DNA from: a virus
Lineage: Duplodnaviria > Caudoviricetes
Direction: 5' to 3' (one strand)
IMG/VR virus record: IMGVR_UViG_3300033475_000118
Location: 1-29,910 of that record
Length of the DNA: 29,910 nt
Positions 16,060 through 26,636 of the stretch are shown here, piece by piece (position 1 is the stretch's first letter; each line of letters begins with the position of its first letter). Both the position numbers and the translations under genes were made by a program. The notes under the pieces are model-generated. The model searched no databases and had not been told where the DNA came from. It saw nothing but the letters and a program-made list of their open reading frames with translations.

Positions 16060-16499
16060 TGAACGGCGTCGTAAGTTTCGATTACTCGGCATGGGCTCTG
16101 CGGTATCCGGAACTTGCGACGTCTGTTCCCCAACCGCTCGCCCAGCAGTATTTCTGGGAAGCGCAGCTTTACTGCGACAACTCGCCCGGCAGCATCATTC
16201 AGGACGTCTGCCTAAGAACCGTTCTGCTCAACATGGTGACGGCGCACATTGCCGCCCTGAATGCTCCGCTGAACGGCGAGGCATCGTCTCCCTTGGTCGG
16301 CCGCATCAGTAATGCGACCGAGGGCAGCGTATCGGTCGGAACGCAACTGGACATGCCAGCGGGATCGGCGCAGTGGTACAGCCAGACGAAACACGGCCTT
16401 GCATTCTGGCAGGCAACCGTCCAGTTCCGCTCCATGCGCTATGTTCCCGGGCCAATGCCGATCGCTAATCCGTGGGAACGCGGACCCTGGAGGCGGTGA
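16059..16499 (+). CDS. head-tail adaptor (DUF4054-like)
   Basis: F....RYPEL, LNMVTAHIA.L, VGRISNATEGSVSV, WYSQTKHG..FW. Confidence 0.85.
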   Translation: MNGVVSFDYSAWALRYPELATSVPQPLAQQYFWEAQLYCDNSPGSIIQDVCLRTVLLNMVTAHIAALNAPLNGEASSPLVGRISNATEGSVSVGTQLDMPAGSAQWYSQTKHGLAFWQATVQFRSMRYVPGPMPIANPWERGPWRR

Positions 16500-17089
16500 T
16501 GGGCAACGCATTCACCGGCGGCGCCGCACTCGAAGCAAAGTTGCGCGAGATCGCTGCGAAGGTCGGCAAGCCCAACACGGTTCGCGTCGGCTTCCTCGAA
16601 GGCGCGACGTATCCAGACGGCACGCCTGTCGCGCTGATCGCGGCCACAAACGAGTACGGCGGCGCAGTCACCGTGCCGGCGCATGACGTCACGATCAACC
16701 GCAGCATTAAGAGCGACGGCACATTCAATAAGAATGGCCAGTTCGTGAAAACCGACAAGGCGAATTTCTCGACTACGCACCACGTAGAAGAGCACACAGT
16801 AACAATCCCGTCGCGTCCGTTCTTCCGCGACATGATCCAGAAGCGCAAGGGCGAATGGCCGGAACAACTCGGCAAGATCATCAAGGCTGCGGATTATGAC
16901 GAAGCCCTGGCGCTGGGCCGAATGGGCAAGCTCGTCTCCGAGCAGCTTCAGGAATCGATCCGCGAGTTTTCCAGCCCCGGTAATGCTAAATCGACGATCG
17001 CAAGGAAGGGCTTCGACAAGCCGTTGATTGAGTCATCACACATGCTGAACAGCGTGGATAGCGAAGTGCAGGAAGGAGACGGCTCGTGA
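16499..17089 (+). CDS. neck / tail completion protein
   Basis: VRVGFLEGATYPDG, NEYG, IPSRPFFR, NA.STIARKGFDKPLI motifs. Confidence 0.8.
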   Translation: MGNAFTGGAALEAKLREIAAKVGKPNTVRVGFLEGATYPDGTPVALIAATNEYGGAVTVPAHDVTINRSIKSDGTFNKNGQFVKTDKANFSTTHHVEEHTVTIPSRPFFRDMIQKRKGEWPEQLGKIIKAADYDEALALGRMGKLVSEQLQESIREFSSPGNAKSTIARKGFDKPLIESSHMLNSVDSEVQEGDGS

Positions 17090-17484
17090 ACCTTCACAAC
17101 GTTGTCGCTGGCGCAATAGGCACGATCAACCCCTTCCGCCCCGCCACAGTCCGATACAGCAGCGGCTATGCGACCGGTCCTGATGGGTCGCAGACTCCAG
17201 CATACGTCGATGTAGACGGCGTCATGGTCCAGGTGCAGGCGCTGACCGCCGGTGATCTCCGGCATCTCGAAGGATTAAACGTCCAAGGTGTGCAACGTGC
17301 GTTCTACCTGAATGGAAACTCCCAAGGCGTCGTTCGTCCCTTGGGCCAGGGCGGCGACGTGTTCATGTTCGGTGACGGAGTGCCACTCTCTCTGGCGAAC
17401 ACTACCTGGCTTGTGAAAGCCGTAATCGAAACCTGGGATACCGGCTGGTGCAAGGTCGGTGTCTCGCTCCAGCTGAACACCTGA
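17086..17484 (+). CDS. head closure/stopper-like protein
   Basis: Synteny; QVQAL...DL.HLEGLN.QG, GGD, WLV..V.E.W..GW. Confidence 0.75.
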   Translation: MNLHNVVAGAIGTINPFRPATVRYSSGYATGPDGSQTPAYVDVDGVMVQVQALTAGDLRHLEGLNVQGVQRAFYLNGNSQGVVRPLGQGGDVFMFGDGVPLSLANTTWLVKAVIETWDTGWCKVGVSLQLNT

Positions 17485-18014
17485 TGACTGCAACCGTCTC
17501 CATCACAGAAACGCAGGTGCTGACGGTATTGCGCTCGTTCATTCTGTCTCTGGTCAGCCTTGACGGCGACCATGTTATCCGCGGGCTTCAAAATCGGGTG
17601 CCGATGCCGGCAGGTGATTTCATCGAGATCACCGCGTCGCTAACCAGCCCGCTCTCGACGAACGTGCAGACCTATGCACCGGATAACAGCGCATCTCTGA
17701 ACAAGCGTTCGACGCAACTGTCTGTGCAGATCGATTGCTATGGCGTGTCCGCAATGGACAACGCCAACATGCTGTCGATGATGCTCCGCAGTGACTATGC
17801 ATGCCAGAAATTCGCCGCATCCGGGTTGGATATGCAACCGCTCTATGCGAACGACGCACACCAGATGCCATTCATAACCGGCGAAGATCAGTACATGGAG
17901 CGGTGGGTTTTTGATGGCGTTCTGCAAATCAACCCTGTCGTATCTGTGCCCCAGGACTTTGCTGATTCGCTGGAAGTTGGCTTGATAAACGTTGATGCCA
18001 CGTTCCCGCCGTAA
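17484..18014 (+). CDS. tail terminator-like protein
   Basis: Directly before the sheath; NRVPMP, QIDCYG, EDQY.ERW. Confidence 0.75.
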   Translation: MTATVSITETQVLTVLRSFILSLVSLDGDHVIRGLQNRVPMPAGDFIEITASLTSPLSTNVQTYAPDNSASLNKRSTQLSVQIDCYGVSAMDNANMLSMMLRSDYACQKFAASGLDMQPLYANDAHQMPFITGEDQYMERWVFDGVLQINPVVSVPQDFADSLEVGLINVDATFPP

Positions 18015-18036
18015 ATAGTTCCCAACACCAACACCC

Positions 18037-18064
18037 GAGCCCGCCTAGAGCGGGTTTTTGCTTT
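18037..18064 (+). terminator. intrinsic terminator-like hairpin before the sheath gene
   Basis: GAGCCCGC-CTAGA-GCGGGTTTTTGCTTT. Confidence 0.65.
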
Positions 18065-18098
18065 CTACGCGCCGGAAACGGCTTTCTGGAGTGATTCA

Positions 18099-19619
18099 AT
18101 GACGATTCCCGCCTCCGCGATCGTAAGCGTAAATCCTGGCGTGATTAGCGCCGGAGGCGCGGCGCTCGTACTTAATGGCGTCATGCTGACGAACAGCACG
18201 TCGGTTCCGATCGGCACGGTTCAGCCGTTCGCCAACGTAACTGCGGTATCGAACTTCTTCGGCGCTACGTCGACTGAAGCCGCGCTTGCTGCGAACTATT
18301 TCTCGGGCTTCGATAACTCGACCCAGAAACCGGGCAACCTGCTTTTCTATCAGTACCCGAGCGCACCGGTTAGCGCCTATCTGCGCAGCGGCTCGCTGGC
18401 AGCGATGACACTGACGCAGCTTCAGGCGCTGACGGGCACTCTGACGATTACGATCGACGGCACGGTCAAAACCTCAACGTCAATCAATCTGTCGGCCGCA
18501 ACCAGCTTTTCGAACGCCGCAACCATCATCGCTGCGGCGTTCACGACCGGCCCGACCGTCACTTATAGCAGCCAGCTCGGCGCGTTCGTTTTCTCGTCGA
18601 CCACATCCGGCGCGAGTTCGACCATCACTTTTGCCAGCGGCACGCTGTCTGCCGGCTTGCTGTTGACACAGGCGACCGGGGCAACTCTATCGCAAGGCGC
18701 TATCGCAGCTACTCCGGCTGGCGCAATGACTTCGATCGCGGGACTGACCCAGAACTGGGCCTCGTTCATGACCGTGTTCGAGCCGGTAATCGCTGACAAG
18801 CTTGCATTCGCTCAATGGGTCGTCAGCCAGAACAACCGCTTCGCTTATATCTGCTGGGACACGGACGCAAACGCGATCGTATCGGGCAATACGACAAGCT
18901 TCGGTGCGCAGGTAACCGCGCTGTCCCTGTCGGGTTCCGTGCCGATTAGTGGCGACGCATCCGCAGCCACTGCAGCCGGTTCCACTTTGGCCGCGTTGCT
19001 TCCGCCGGTCGCAGCGTTTGTCATGGGCTCGATTGCAGCGATTGACTTCGCGCGGACGAATGGTCGCATCACTTTCGCCTTCAAATCGCAAAGCGGGCTG
19101 ACGGCGACCGTGACGAGCCAGACGGTGGCAAACATCCTGGATGCGAACGGATACAACTTCTATGGCGCCTACGCGACAGCCAACCAGGGCTTTACGTTCT
19201 TCTATCCGGGCTCTGTCGGCGGCAAGTTTGACTGGCTCGACGAGTACGTCAACCAGATCTGGATGAACAGCCAACTGCAGTTGGCGATGATGACCCTGCT
19301 CACGCAGGTCACGTCGATTCCATACAACATCGCTGGCTACACGCTCATCGAAGCGTCGTGCACCGATCCGATTAACGCGGCTTTGAACTTCGGCGCGATC
19401 AGGCCCGGAGTGACGCTGTCTGCCCTGCAGATCGCAGAAGTGAACAGTCAGGCAGGCTTGCAGATCGATACCACCCTGAGTACGCGCGGCTGGTACCTGC
19501 AAATCCTCGACGCCACCGCCCAGGAGCGCGGCGCCCGCCAATCGCCCCCTATGTCCCTTTGGTACATGGATGGCGGCTCGGTACAGCAACTCACGCTCGC
19601 TTCGATCGTAGTCCAGTAA
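18099..19619 (+). CDS. contractile tail sheath protein (DUF3383)
   Basis: [13 protein letters not shown] start, [39 protein letters not shown] end; 506 aa. Confidence 0.9.
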   Translation: MTIPASAIVSVNPGVISAGGAALVLNGVMLTNSTSVPIGTVQPFANVTAVSNFFGATSTEAALAANYFSGFDNSTQKPGNLLFYQYPSAPVSAYLRSGSLAAMTLTQLQALTGTLTITIDGTVKTSTSINLSAATSFSNAATIIAAAFTTGPTVTYSSQLGAFVFSSTTSGASSTITFASGTLSAGLLLTQATGATLSQGAIAATPAGAMTSIAGLTQNWASFMTVFEPVIADKLAFAQWVVSQNNRFAYICWDTDANAIVSGNTTSFGAQVTALSLSGSVPISGDASAATAAGSTLAALLPPVAAFVMGSIAAIDFARTNGRITFAFKSQSGLTATVTSQTVANILDANGYNFYGAYATANQGFTFFYPGSVGGKFDWLDEYVNQIWMNSQLQLAMMTLLTQVTSIPYNIAGYTLIEASCTDPINAALNFGAIRPGVTLSALQIAEVNSQAGLQIDTTLSTRGWYLQILDATAQERGARQSPPMSLWYMDGGSVQQLTLASIVVQ

Positions 19620-19631
19620 AGGGAAACAAAA

Positions 19632-20063
19632 ATGAGCACTCTGACGAATGCGAACAGCGTCTTGATGCTGAGCGTGGGCGGCCTGTTTCCGGTCGCCCAG
19701 CAGCTTCAGGGGTATAGCGTTGACGACATGTTCAGTTCCGCCGACGTGACGTCCGCGGAAGCCATCATGGGCGTTGACGGAAAGTTATCTGGCGGCTACA
19801 CGCCCTACCCCACGATTATCGAAATCACGCTGCAAGCCGACTCGCCTTCAGCATTCATCTTCGATACGTGGGGGGCGGCTGAAGATACCGCGCGCGAGAT
19901 TTTCATTGCGCAGATGTCCATCGCGCTTCCGGGTACGGGTCAGAAGTTCGCTTGTACGCGCGGCATCATGACCAGCAAGAGCAAGATGCCCACCGGCAAG
20001 AAGATATTGCAGCCGCGTAAATGGGCAATCACTTTTCAGTCGGTAAGCCCGGCTCCGTTCTAA
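19632..20063 (+). CDS. tail tube protein
   Basis: Follows the sheath; LQGYSVDD.F, MGVDGKLSGG, ITLQADSPS. Confidence 0.85.
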   Translation: MSTLTNANSVLMLSVGGLFPVAQQLQGYSVDDMFSSADVTSAEAIMGVDGKLSGGYTPYPTIIEITLQADSPSAFIFDTWGAAEDTAREIFIAQMSIALPGTGQKFACTRGIMTSKSKMPTGKKILQPRKWAITFQSVSPAPF

Positions 20064-20064
20064 C

Positions 20065-20457
20065 ATGGCCCGAAAAACCGCAACCATTACGATCGACGCA
20101 AAAGGTCGCGACAAGGGCAAATCCTTTGTCCTGACCGAACTGCCCACAGCCGAATCGGAAGAGTGGGCCGGCCGCGCCCTCTTCGCCCTGATGAACGCTG
20201 GCGTCGAGATCCCCGACAACATCGCGGAGGCCGGTCTAGCCGGTCTCGCTGCGATGGGCATCAAGGCGATCACGAAACTTCCGTTTGACGCTGCAAAGCC
20301 GCTTCTGGACAAGATGATCGAGTGCGTCCAGATCCAGCCGAGCCCGGGCATCGTTCGGTCGTTGATTCCGGATGACATCGAAGAAGTTGCAACGATGCTC
20401 ACGCTGCGCAAGGCGATCTGGAATCTGCACACGGATTTTTTTACCGCCGCCGAGTGA
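20065..20457 (+). CDS. tail assembly chaperone (gpG-like)
   Basis: Lies between tube and tape measure; GRDKGK.F.LTE, DIEEV.T...LR; ends near a T7 slippery run. Confidence 0.82.
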   Translation: MARKTATITIDAKGRDKGKSFVLTELPTAESEEWAGRALFALMNAGVEIPDNIAEAGLAGLAAMGIKAITKLPFDAAKPLLDKMIECVQIQPSPGIVRSLIPDDIEEVATMLTLRKAIWNLHTDFFTAAE

Positions 20458-20663
20458 TTGATGCTGGCCCTCCCAGCATTCCGAATCCTCGGCTCCTTGA
20501 GTACGCGAATCTCCCCCGGGCAATTGGCACGGTAGTGTCCAGGCGCATGGCAACGCTCCACGAGTTGCAGTCTGTATACGGCGCCGAAGACCTCTACAAC
20601 CTGCTCGAGATTCTGGTGATCGACAATTACAACGAGCGCGTGCTTTCAAAGCAAGGTAAATAA
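20454..20663 (+). CDS. tail assembly chaperone -1 frameshift extension (gpT-like)
   Basis: In the -1 frame relative to the upstream ORF; ATLHELQSVYG.EDLYNLLEI motif. Confidence 0.75.
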   Translation: MIDAGPPSIPNPRLLEYANLPRAIGTVVSRRMATLHELQSVYGAEDLYNLLEILVIDNYNERVLSKQGK

Positions 20664-20665
20664 TC

Positions 20666-22483
20666 ATGGCTACCGTTATCGATTCGCTGGTCGTGACACT
20701 CGGTCTTGACCCGAAGGCATTCAAAACCGGTTCAGCGCAGGCCCGCACGGATCTCAAGGCGACGTCCGACGAAGCACAGAAGCGCGCCCGGGAAATGGAG
20801 CAATCGGGCAAGGTCGCCGCCCAATACTTCTCCAAGATCCGCAACGAGGCGCTCGCCCTGCTAGGCGTGTTTACTGCCGGCGTCGGCATCAAGAACTTCG
20901 TTGAGAATACGATCGTCGGTGCGGCCAGCCTCGGGCGCCTGTCCCAGAACCTCGGGATAAGCACAGAGCGCCTGTCCGCGTGGCAGCGCGTCGCCGAAGA
21001 TGCGGGCGGCACGGCTGAGGGCATGACCGCCCAGTTGAAGGAATCGCAAAAGACCATCGCGCTGTTCAAGATGGGGCAGTCAAGCGAATCGCTCCAATGG
21101 TTCTTCCGGATGGGTGGCAAGACGTCCGATCTGAAGGACGGCAACACCTATCTGATGGCGCGCTCGAAGATCATTTCCGAGATCTTCAGGACTGACCCGG
21201 GACGCGCGCAGCTCGTCGCGTCACAGATGGGCGTCAGCGAAGACCAGTTCAATCTGCTGAAGCAAGGCCCGGCTGCGGTTCAGGCGCAAGTCGCCGCGAT
21301 GGAGAAACTGTCCGCGATCACCGCGGAGGATGCCCGGCAGGCTGATGAACTGCGCAAGAAATGGCTCGGTGTTGAGCGGACGTTCACCCTTGTAGGCATC
21401 AAGGTCGTTGAAACGCTGATGCCGGCGTTCGACACGCTGATCGGCTACGTCAAGCAACTTGGCGACTGGGTCGTATCGCATAAAGACGACATCACCAACT
21501 GGGTGAATGGCGCGGTCAAGTCGATTCAGGACTTCGCCAAGATGGCCAACGATGCGGCTGAAGCCGTAGGCGGTTGGAAGAATGTTCTGATCGGGTTGGC
21601 TGCGATCAAAGTCCTTGGCATGGTGTCGCCGTTGCTGAGTTTGGCTGGAGCTCTCACCTCGGTTGGATCGGCTCTCGGCATCATCGGTGGTGGAGTGGGC
21701 GCAACTGCCTTGGCCGTGCTCGGCGGTATCGGCGCGATGGTCTACAGCAAAGGCCTCAACACCGGCGAAGACGACTATCTGAAGGCGCATCAGGGGGCGA
21801 CGTGGGACGGCGACCCGGTTGGAAAGGCTCGCCAAAGTGCAAACTCCGGTTCGCTATCTGACCGACAACAGTATCTGGCTGGCCGTCTCAAAGGCGCCGG
21901 ATACACCGATGCTCAGGTCGCCGGCATCATCGGCAGTCTTATGCAGGAAAGTGGGCTTGACCCGAACGCCGTCAACAAGACGTCGGGTGCGACCGGCATC
22001 GCTCAATGGCTTGGCCCTCGTGCAAAGGCATTCCAGAAACAGTTCGGCCACTCGCTGAAGGAATCGACGTTCGGCGAGCAGACGGACTTCATGCTTCAGG
22101 AACTGAAGACGACGGAGAAATTGGCTGACAGCCGAATTCGCCTTGCCAAGACCGCCGCACAGGCAGCAGAGATTCACGCGCGCGAGTTCGAACGGCCCGG
22201 TGCTGCAGAGGCAAACATCGCTCGACGCCAAGGATATGCGAACAGTGTGTACGCATCCCTCGGTCAGGCTAATGCCGCCGCGGTCGCTTCTCTGCCTGTC
22301 GGCTCAAGCGTGGCAGCACCGCCTATCGCGTCTACGTCCAACACCAGCAGCAGCGAAGTCAACATCAACGGGCCGATCAACGTCCATACGCAGGCTACTG
22401 ATGCTGCTGGCGTGGCTCGCGGTCTCGGTTCGGAAATCAGCAAGTACCACTTCGTCGCGCAAGCCAACACTGGACTGACCTAA
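20666..22483 (+). CDS. tape measure protein with C-terminal phage tail lysozyme domain
   Basis: MATVIDSLVVTLGLD start; Ala-rich helical body; AGIIGSLMQESG.DP.A...GA.GIAQW...R...EQ.DF...EL...FERP lysozyme-like domain. Confidence 0.9.
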   Translation: MATVIDSLVVTLGLDPKAFKTGSAQARTDLKATSDEAQKRAREMEQSGKVAAQYFSKIRNEALALLGVFTAGVGIKNFVENTIVGAASLGRLSQNLGISTERLSAWQRVAEDAGGTAEGMTAQLKESQKTIALFKMGQSSESLQWFFRMGGKTSDLKDGNTYLMARSKIISEIFRTDPGRAQLVASQMGVSEDQFNLLKQGPAAVQAQVAAMEKLSAITAEDARQADELRKKWLGVERTFTLVGIKVVETLMPAFDTLIGYVKQLGDWVVSHKDDITNWVNGAVKSIQDFAKMANDAAEAVGGWKNVLIGLAAIKVLGMVSPLLSLAGALTSVGSALGIIGGGVGATALAVLGGIGAMVYSKGLNTGEDDYLKAHQGATWDGDPVGKARQSANSGSLSDRQQYLAGRLKGAGYTDAQVAGIIGSLMQESGLDPNAVNKTSGATGIAQWLGPRAKAFQKQFGHSLKESTFGEQTDFMLQELKTTEKLADSRIRLAKTAAQAAEIHAREFERPGAAEANIARRQGYANSVYASLGQANAAAVASLPVGSSVAAPPIASTSNTSSSEVNINGPINVHTQATDAAGVARGLGSEISKYHFVAQANTGLT

Positions 22484-22484
22484 C

Positions 22485-23156
22485 GTGCCCTTTATTCAAT
22501 TCCCCAATGTTCCGGCTGTACCGGGAGTGCCGGCGCTGTTGCGAAGCGTAACAGTGCCGACCCCGGAGGCGTTGGAAGTCGGGGCATTGGGGGCGCTTGC
22601 CTCGTTGCTCGGATTTTCTGCGCCGGTCTGGGGGATTTTCGATCTGAACGGCAATCAGGTACTCCAGCCGGATTCGTTCCTCGCGCTGGACTACAAGAAC
22701 AACTCCCGCGTTTCTGACTACCCGCAGGAACAGGGCGCGTTCGCGAGTTACAACAAGGTCGCTACTCCGTACGATGTCCGGGTTCGGATGGCAATCGGCT
22801 CTGACCTGGCTAGCCGTACCGCGTTCATCGCGCAGTGCGATGCAATGCTTTCCTCGATCGACACGTTCAACGTCGTCACGCCCGAAAAGACCTATGTGAA
22901 CGCGACCGTCGAGAACGTTGATTATCGTCGCGAGACGAAGAACGGCGCGACGATGATCACTGTTGACATGTGGTTCCTCGAGGTCCGTGAGAACGCTACC
23001 GCTCAGTTCAGCGCGAGCGCGTCAAGCTCGCCTCTTGCTGCAAGTCAGGTGCAATCTCCGAGCGCTGCGGACTCCATCAGCAACGGCCAGATTCAGGCGG
23101 TCACGCCGGTCCAAACCCCCGCCGTCTTGTCCGGCCCTCTTGGTCAATTCGCGTAA
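22485..23156 (+). CDS. baseplate / tail tube initiator protein
   Basis: Follows the TMP; SDYPQEQGAFASYNKV..P motif. Confidence 0.78.
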   Translation: MPFIQFPNVPAVPGVPALLRSVTVPTPEALEVGALGALASLLGFSAPVWGIFDLNGNQVLQPDSFLALDYKNNSRVSDYPQEQGAFASYNKVATPYDVRVRMAIGSDLASRTAFIAQCDAMLSSIDTFNVVTPEKTYVNATVENVDYRRETKNGATMITVDMWFLEVRENATAQFSASASSSPLAASQVQSPSAADSISNGQIQAVTPVQTPAVLSGPLGQFA

Positions 23157-23455
23157 TGCTGACTATTCCATTGCAGGCCACGCCTAGCCAGTCGCTGAGT
23201 GTTCTATTGGCCGGCCAGAACTGCCAGATCAACGTCTATCAGAAATCGACGGGGATGTATCTGGACCTGTACGTCAGCAACTCTCCGATCATCACCGCAA
23301 CGATCTGCCTTGATCGTGTTCGCATGGTGCGCGAGACGTACCTCGGATTTGTCGGCGATCTCTCCTTCACCGACACGCAAGGCACGAGCGACCCGGTTTA
23401 TACCGGCCTCGGGTCGCGGTTCGTGTTGCTCTATCTGGAAGCGAGTGACCTATGA
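23156..23455 (+). CDS. small baseplate protein
   Basis: IPL...PSQ...V.L.GQ, F.GD..F.DTQG..DP...GLG.R..L.Y; synteny. Confidence 0.75.
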   Translation: MLTIPLQATPSQSLSVLLAGQNCQINVYQKSTGMYLDLYVSNSPIITATICLDRVRMVRETYLGFVGDLSFTDTQGTSDPVYTGLGSRFVLLYLEASDL

Positions 23456-24309
23456 CGTGGGCCAAACGGAGAATCGACGTCACGATCTCGCTGGGCCAAG
23501 GCACATTCGGCGATGACAGGGGACCGGACGTCACGCTAAGCGGTCTACGCACGAAAGCCGCAGTGGTCGCATACAACGGCGACGCGCAGGGTCAGCTTCA
23601 GCTTCGCATATACGGCCTGCCGCTGGACATGATCAACCAGCTGACGACCATCGGGCCGGTCATGCAGGAGCGTCGTAATAACCGCATTCTCGTGGCGGCC
23701 GGTAACGAAGATGGCCCGATGTCGACCATCTATCAGGGAACGATTGACTCTGCGTTTGGCGAATTTCAAAGCGCGCCCGATGTGGCTTTCAACATCACCG
23801 CCCTCGCGGCAGCGATTCAGGCGGTCAAGCCGGTGAACGCACTGAGTTACCGCGGCCCGACTGATGTCGCCACGGTCATGCAGACACTGGCCCAGACGAT
23901 GGGCTTCGCGTTCGAGAACAACGGTGTGACAGCTCAGTTGTCCAGCCCGTATTTCAGCGGAACGGCATACCAACAGGCCAGGTCCTGCGCTCGAGCGGCG
24001 AACATCTATTTCACGGTTGACCGCGGAACGCTTGCCATCTGGCCGAAGACTGCCGCGCGTGCAGGCGACCCGATTCCCGTATCGCCGCCTACAGGCATGG
24101 TTGGCTACCCTGTGTTCTCAGGCAACGGCATCGTCCTGACGACCGAGTTCAATCCGGATCTCGCTTTGGGCGGTCAGGTGAACGTAACCAGCTCCCTCAC
24201 TGTCGCGAACGGTGTCTGGAACATTTTCAGCATCGTCCATCAACTTGAAAGCGAGACTCCTGGCGGTCAATGGTTCTCGCAGGTTCAGTGCTACCGGATC
24301 GGCGTATGA
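23452..24309 (+). CDS. baseplate hub protein
   Basis: Synteny before the spike; IYGL, I...AG, GMVGYP, H.LES..PGG.W. Confidence 0.8.
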   Translation: MTWAKRRIDVTISLGQGTFGDDRGPDVTLSGLRTKAAVVAYNGDAQGQLQLRIYGLPLDMINQLTTIGPVMQERRNNRILVAAGNEDGPMSTIYQGTIDSAFGEFQSAPDVAFNITALAAAIQAVKPVNALSYRGPTDVATVMQTLAQTMGFAFENNGVTAQLSSPYFSGTAYQQARSCARAANIYFTVDRGTLAIWPKTAARAGDPIPVSPPTGMVGYPVFSGNGIVLTTEFNPDLALGGQVNVTSSLTVANGVWNIFSIVHQLESETPGGQWFSQVQCYRIGV

Positions 24310-25067
24310 GTAATTTTGGATATGCCGGCACACAAGAACCCGCTTCGGGCGCAGGAGAGTATGGCGCCCTTTCCTTTTTGGTGAACCAGATTCTGGCGAC
24401 CATCAGCACGGTCACACTGGTGAAAATCGTTGCTGTCACGAACAACGGCGGCGTCTCGCCGGTTGGATTCGTTGACGTTCAACCTCTCGTGAACCAGGTG
24501 GATGGAGCGGGCAACGCTACGCCTCATGGTGTCGTCTACGGCCTGCCCTACTTCAGACTCCAGGGCGGTACGAACGCGATCATTCTCGACCCGCAGGTTG
24601 GCGACATCGGCATGTGCGGATTCGCGAGCCGTGATATTTCGTCGGTGAAGGCATCGAAGGCGCAGGCGAATCCAGGCTCCGGCCGCGTGTTCGATATGGC
24701 GGACGGACTGTATTTTGGTGGGATGCTGAATGGCACGCCAACGCAGTATGTGCAGTTCAGTGCCATCGGCATCAACGTTGTGTCTCCGACCAAGATAACG
24801 CTTCAGGCCCCGCTCGTGGAGGTGGATGCATCAAGCTCCTTCACGGTCAACTCTCCTTCATCAAGATTTAGCGGGGCCGTGATCATTCAAGGCTTGCTTT
24901 CTTGGCTGGCTGGTATGACGGGCAGCGTCGTGAGTGGCGTGGCTTCGGTTATCACCGGCGCCGTCCAGTTTGTCGGAACTATTACGTCGAATGGCAAGCG
25001 CATCGATGACACCCATAGCCATAATGGCGTTCAACCGGGCAGCGGGAACAGCGGGAATGTGAACTGA
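24306..25067 (+). CDS. baseplate central spike (gpV/Gp138-like)
   Basis: VDVQPLV, P.FRLQGG...II.DP.VGDIG, RDIS; C-terminal HSH metal-binding tip (THSHNGVQPGSG). Confidence 0.88.
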   Translation: MSNFGYAGTQEPASGAGEYGALSFLVNQILATISTVTLVKIVAVTNNGGVSPVGFVDVQPLVNQVDGAGNATPHGVVYGLPYFRLQGGTNAIILDPQVGDIGMCGFASRDISSVKASKAQANPGSGRVFDMADGLYFGGMLNGTPTQYVQFSAIGINVVSPTKITLQAPLVEVDASSSFTVNSPSSRFSGAVIIQGLLSWLAGMTGSVVSGVASVITGAVQFVGTITSNGKRIDDTHSHNGVQPGSGNSGNVN

Positions 25068-25420
25068 TGGCTTCGACTTTACTTCTTGACCGGACGGTGT
25101 GGGATCTGGTGCTAGACGCATCCGGAAACATCGCGCTCGCCTCTGATCCCTACAGCATCGCACAGGACGTCGCGAGCGCGGTGAAGCTCTTCAAAGGGGA
25201 ACTGTGGTTCGACACAACCAAAGGCGTGCCGTACTGGCAGGAGATATTGGGTCAGTGGCCGCCGCTACCCGTTGTCCGTGCCGCGATCGAGGCCGCCGCG
25301 CTCACCGTGCCCGAAGTCGCCACGGCGCAATGCACCATCGCCTCATTCGTTGACCGCCAGATTACTGGCCAGGTCATCGTCACCACCTCCAGCGGTACGA
25401 CGCAAACCGTCTCCTTCTAG
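25067..25420 (+). CDS. baseplate wedge / sheath initiator (gp25/gpW-like)
   Basis: WDLVLDASGNIA, AQDVA, F.GELWFDTTKGVPY. Confidence 0.82.
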   Translation: MASTLLLDRTVWDLVLDASGNIALASDPYSIAQDVASAVKLFKGELWFDTTKGVPYWQEILGQWPPLPVVRAAIEAAALTVPEVATAQCTIASFVDRQITGQVIVTTSSGTTQTVSF

Positions 25421-25428
25421 GGCTTCAC

Positions 25429-26634
25429 ATGGCGACAAATGTTCCAGGCGTCCAGTTCACGGACGCGGGCTTAGTGCTGCCTGCCGAATCCGCGATCCTT
25501 GCTGGCGTCCAGGCTGATATTGACGCGGCTTTCGGCGGAGGGGTCAACCCGGCGCTGGAAACCCCGCAAGGCCATATTGCATCGAGCACTACTGCGATCA
25601 TCGGCGACAAGAACAATGACTTTGCCTACTACGTAAATCAGGTTAATCCGGACTTCGCCGAAGGGCGCATGCAGGATGCGATCGGTCGCATCTATTTTCT
25701 GGATCGTAAGCCAGCCACGCCTACGGCAGTTGTTGCGACGTGCGTAGGCCTCGCGGGCGTGGTTATTCCTGTTGGTGCGACGGCAAAGGCGTCGGACGGC
25801 AATCTGTATGTCTGCACGGAAGCCGGAACGATCCCGGTGGGCGGCAGCATTGATCTCAACTTTGCCTGCACCGTTGATGGCCCGATCGCATGTCCCGCTG
25901 GTTCACTGAACCAGATTTATCAGTCGATTCCAGGCTGGGACACGATCAACAATGCGGGCGACGGCACGGTCGGTAGCAACGTCGAGAGCCGGGCCGACTT
26001 CGAATTTCGCCGCAGGCAATCGGTCGCGCTAAACGCGGTCAATTCGCTTCAGTCGATCTATGCGAACGTCTTCAATGTCGAAGATGTGCTCGATGTTTAT
26101 GCAACGGAAAACACGACAAGCTCGCCCATCACGGTAGGCGGCGTGACGCTGGTCGCTCATTCGATTTACGTCGCCGTCGTCGGCGGAGAAGCGGCGAACA
26201 TCGCGCTGGCAATCTGGAACAAGAAGTCGCTCGGTGCGGACTACAACGGCAACACGTCGTACACCGTCAACGATACGTCGGGTTATGACTATCCCTATCC
26301 GTCGTATGTAGTGACATGGGAAACGCCGGCTCCGCTTCCGATCCTGTTCGCCGTCCAGATCGCCAATAATCCGCAGCTTCCTTCGAACATCATTCCGCTG
26401 GTGCAGCAGGCAATCATTGCCTCGTTCAACGGCACAGACGGCGGAACGCGCGCACGTATTGGTTCAACAATCTTCGCCTCGCGCTACTACGGGGGCATTG
26501 TTGCGCTCGGGCCGACCGTTTCAATTCTGTCCCTGCTTCTCGGCCCTACGACGCCTACGTTAGCGAGCTATGCCGTGCCGATCAACAACACGCCGACGAT
26601 TGATGCATCGAACATCTCAGTAACGCTGGTCTGA
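25429..26634 (+). CDS. baseplate J-like wedge protein
   Basis: TPQG, NP..A.G..QD.IGRIYFL.R, G...ESRADFE.RR, HSIYVAVVGG. Confidence 0.9.
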   Translation: MATNVPGVQFTDAGLVLPAESAILAGVQADIDAAFGGGVNPALETPQGHIASSTTAIIGDKNNDFAYYVNQVNPDFAEGRMQDAIGRIYFLDRKPATPTAVVATCVGLAGVVIPVGATAKASDGNLYVCTEAGTIPVGGSIDLNFACTVDGPIACPAGSLNQIYQSIPGWDTINNAGDGTVGSNVESRADFEFRRRQSVALNAVNSLQSIYANVFNVEDVLDVYATENTTSSPITVGGVTLVAHSIYVAVVGGEAANIALAIWNKKSLGADYNGNTSYTVNDTSGYDYPYPSYVVTWETPAPLPILFAVQIANNPQLPSNIIPLVQQAIIASFNGTDGGTRARIGSTIFASRYYGGIVALGPTVSILSLLLGPTTPTLASYAVPINNTPTIDASNISVTLV

Positions 26635-26636
26635 TT

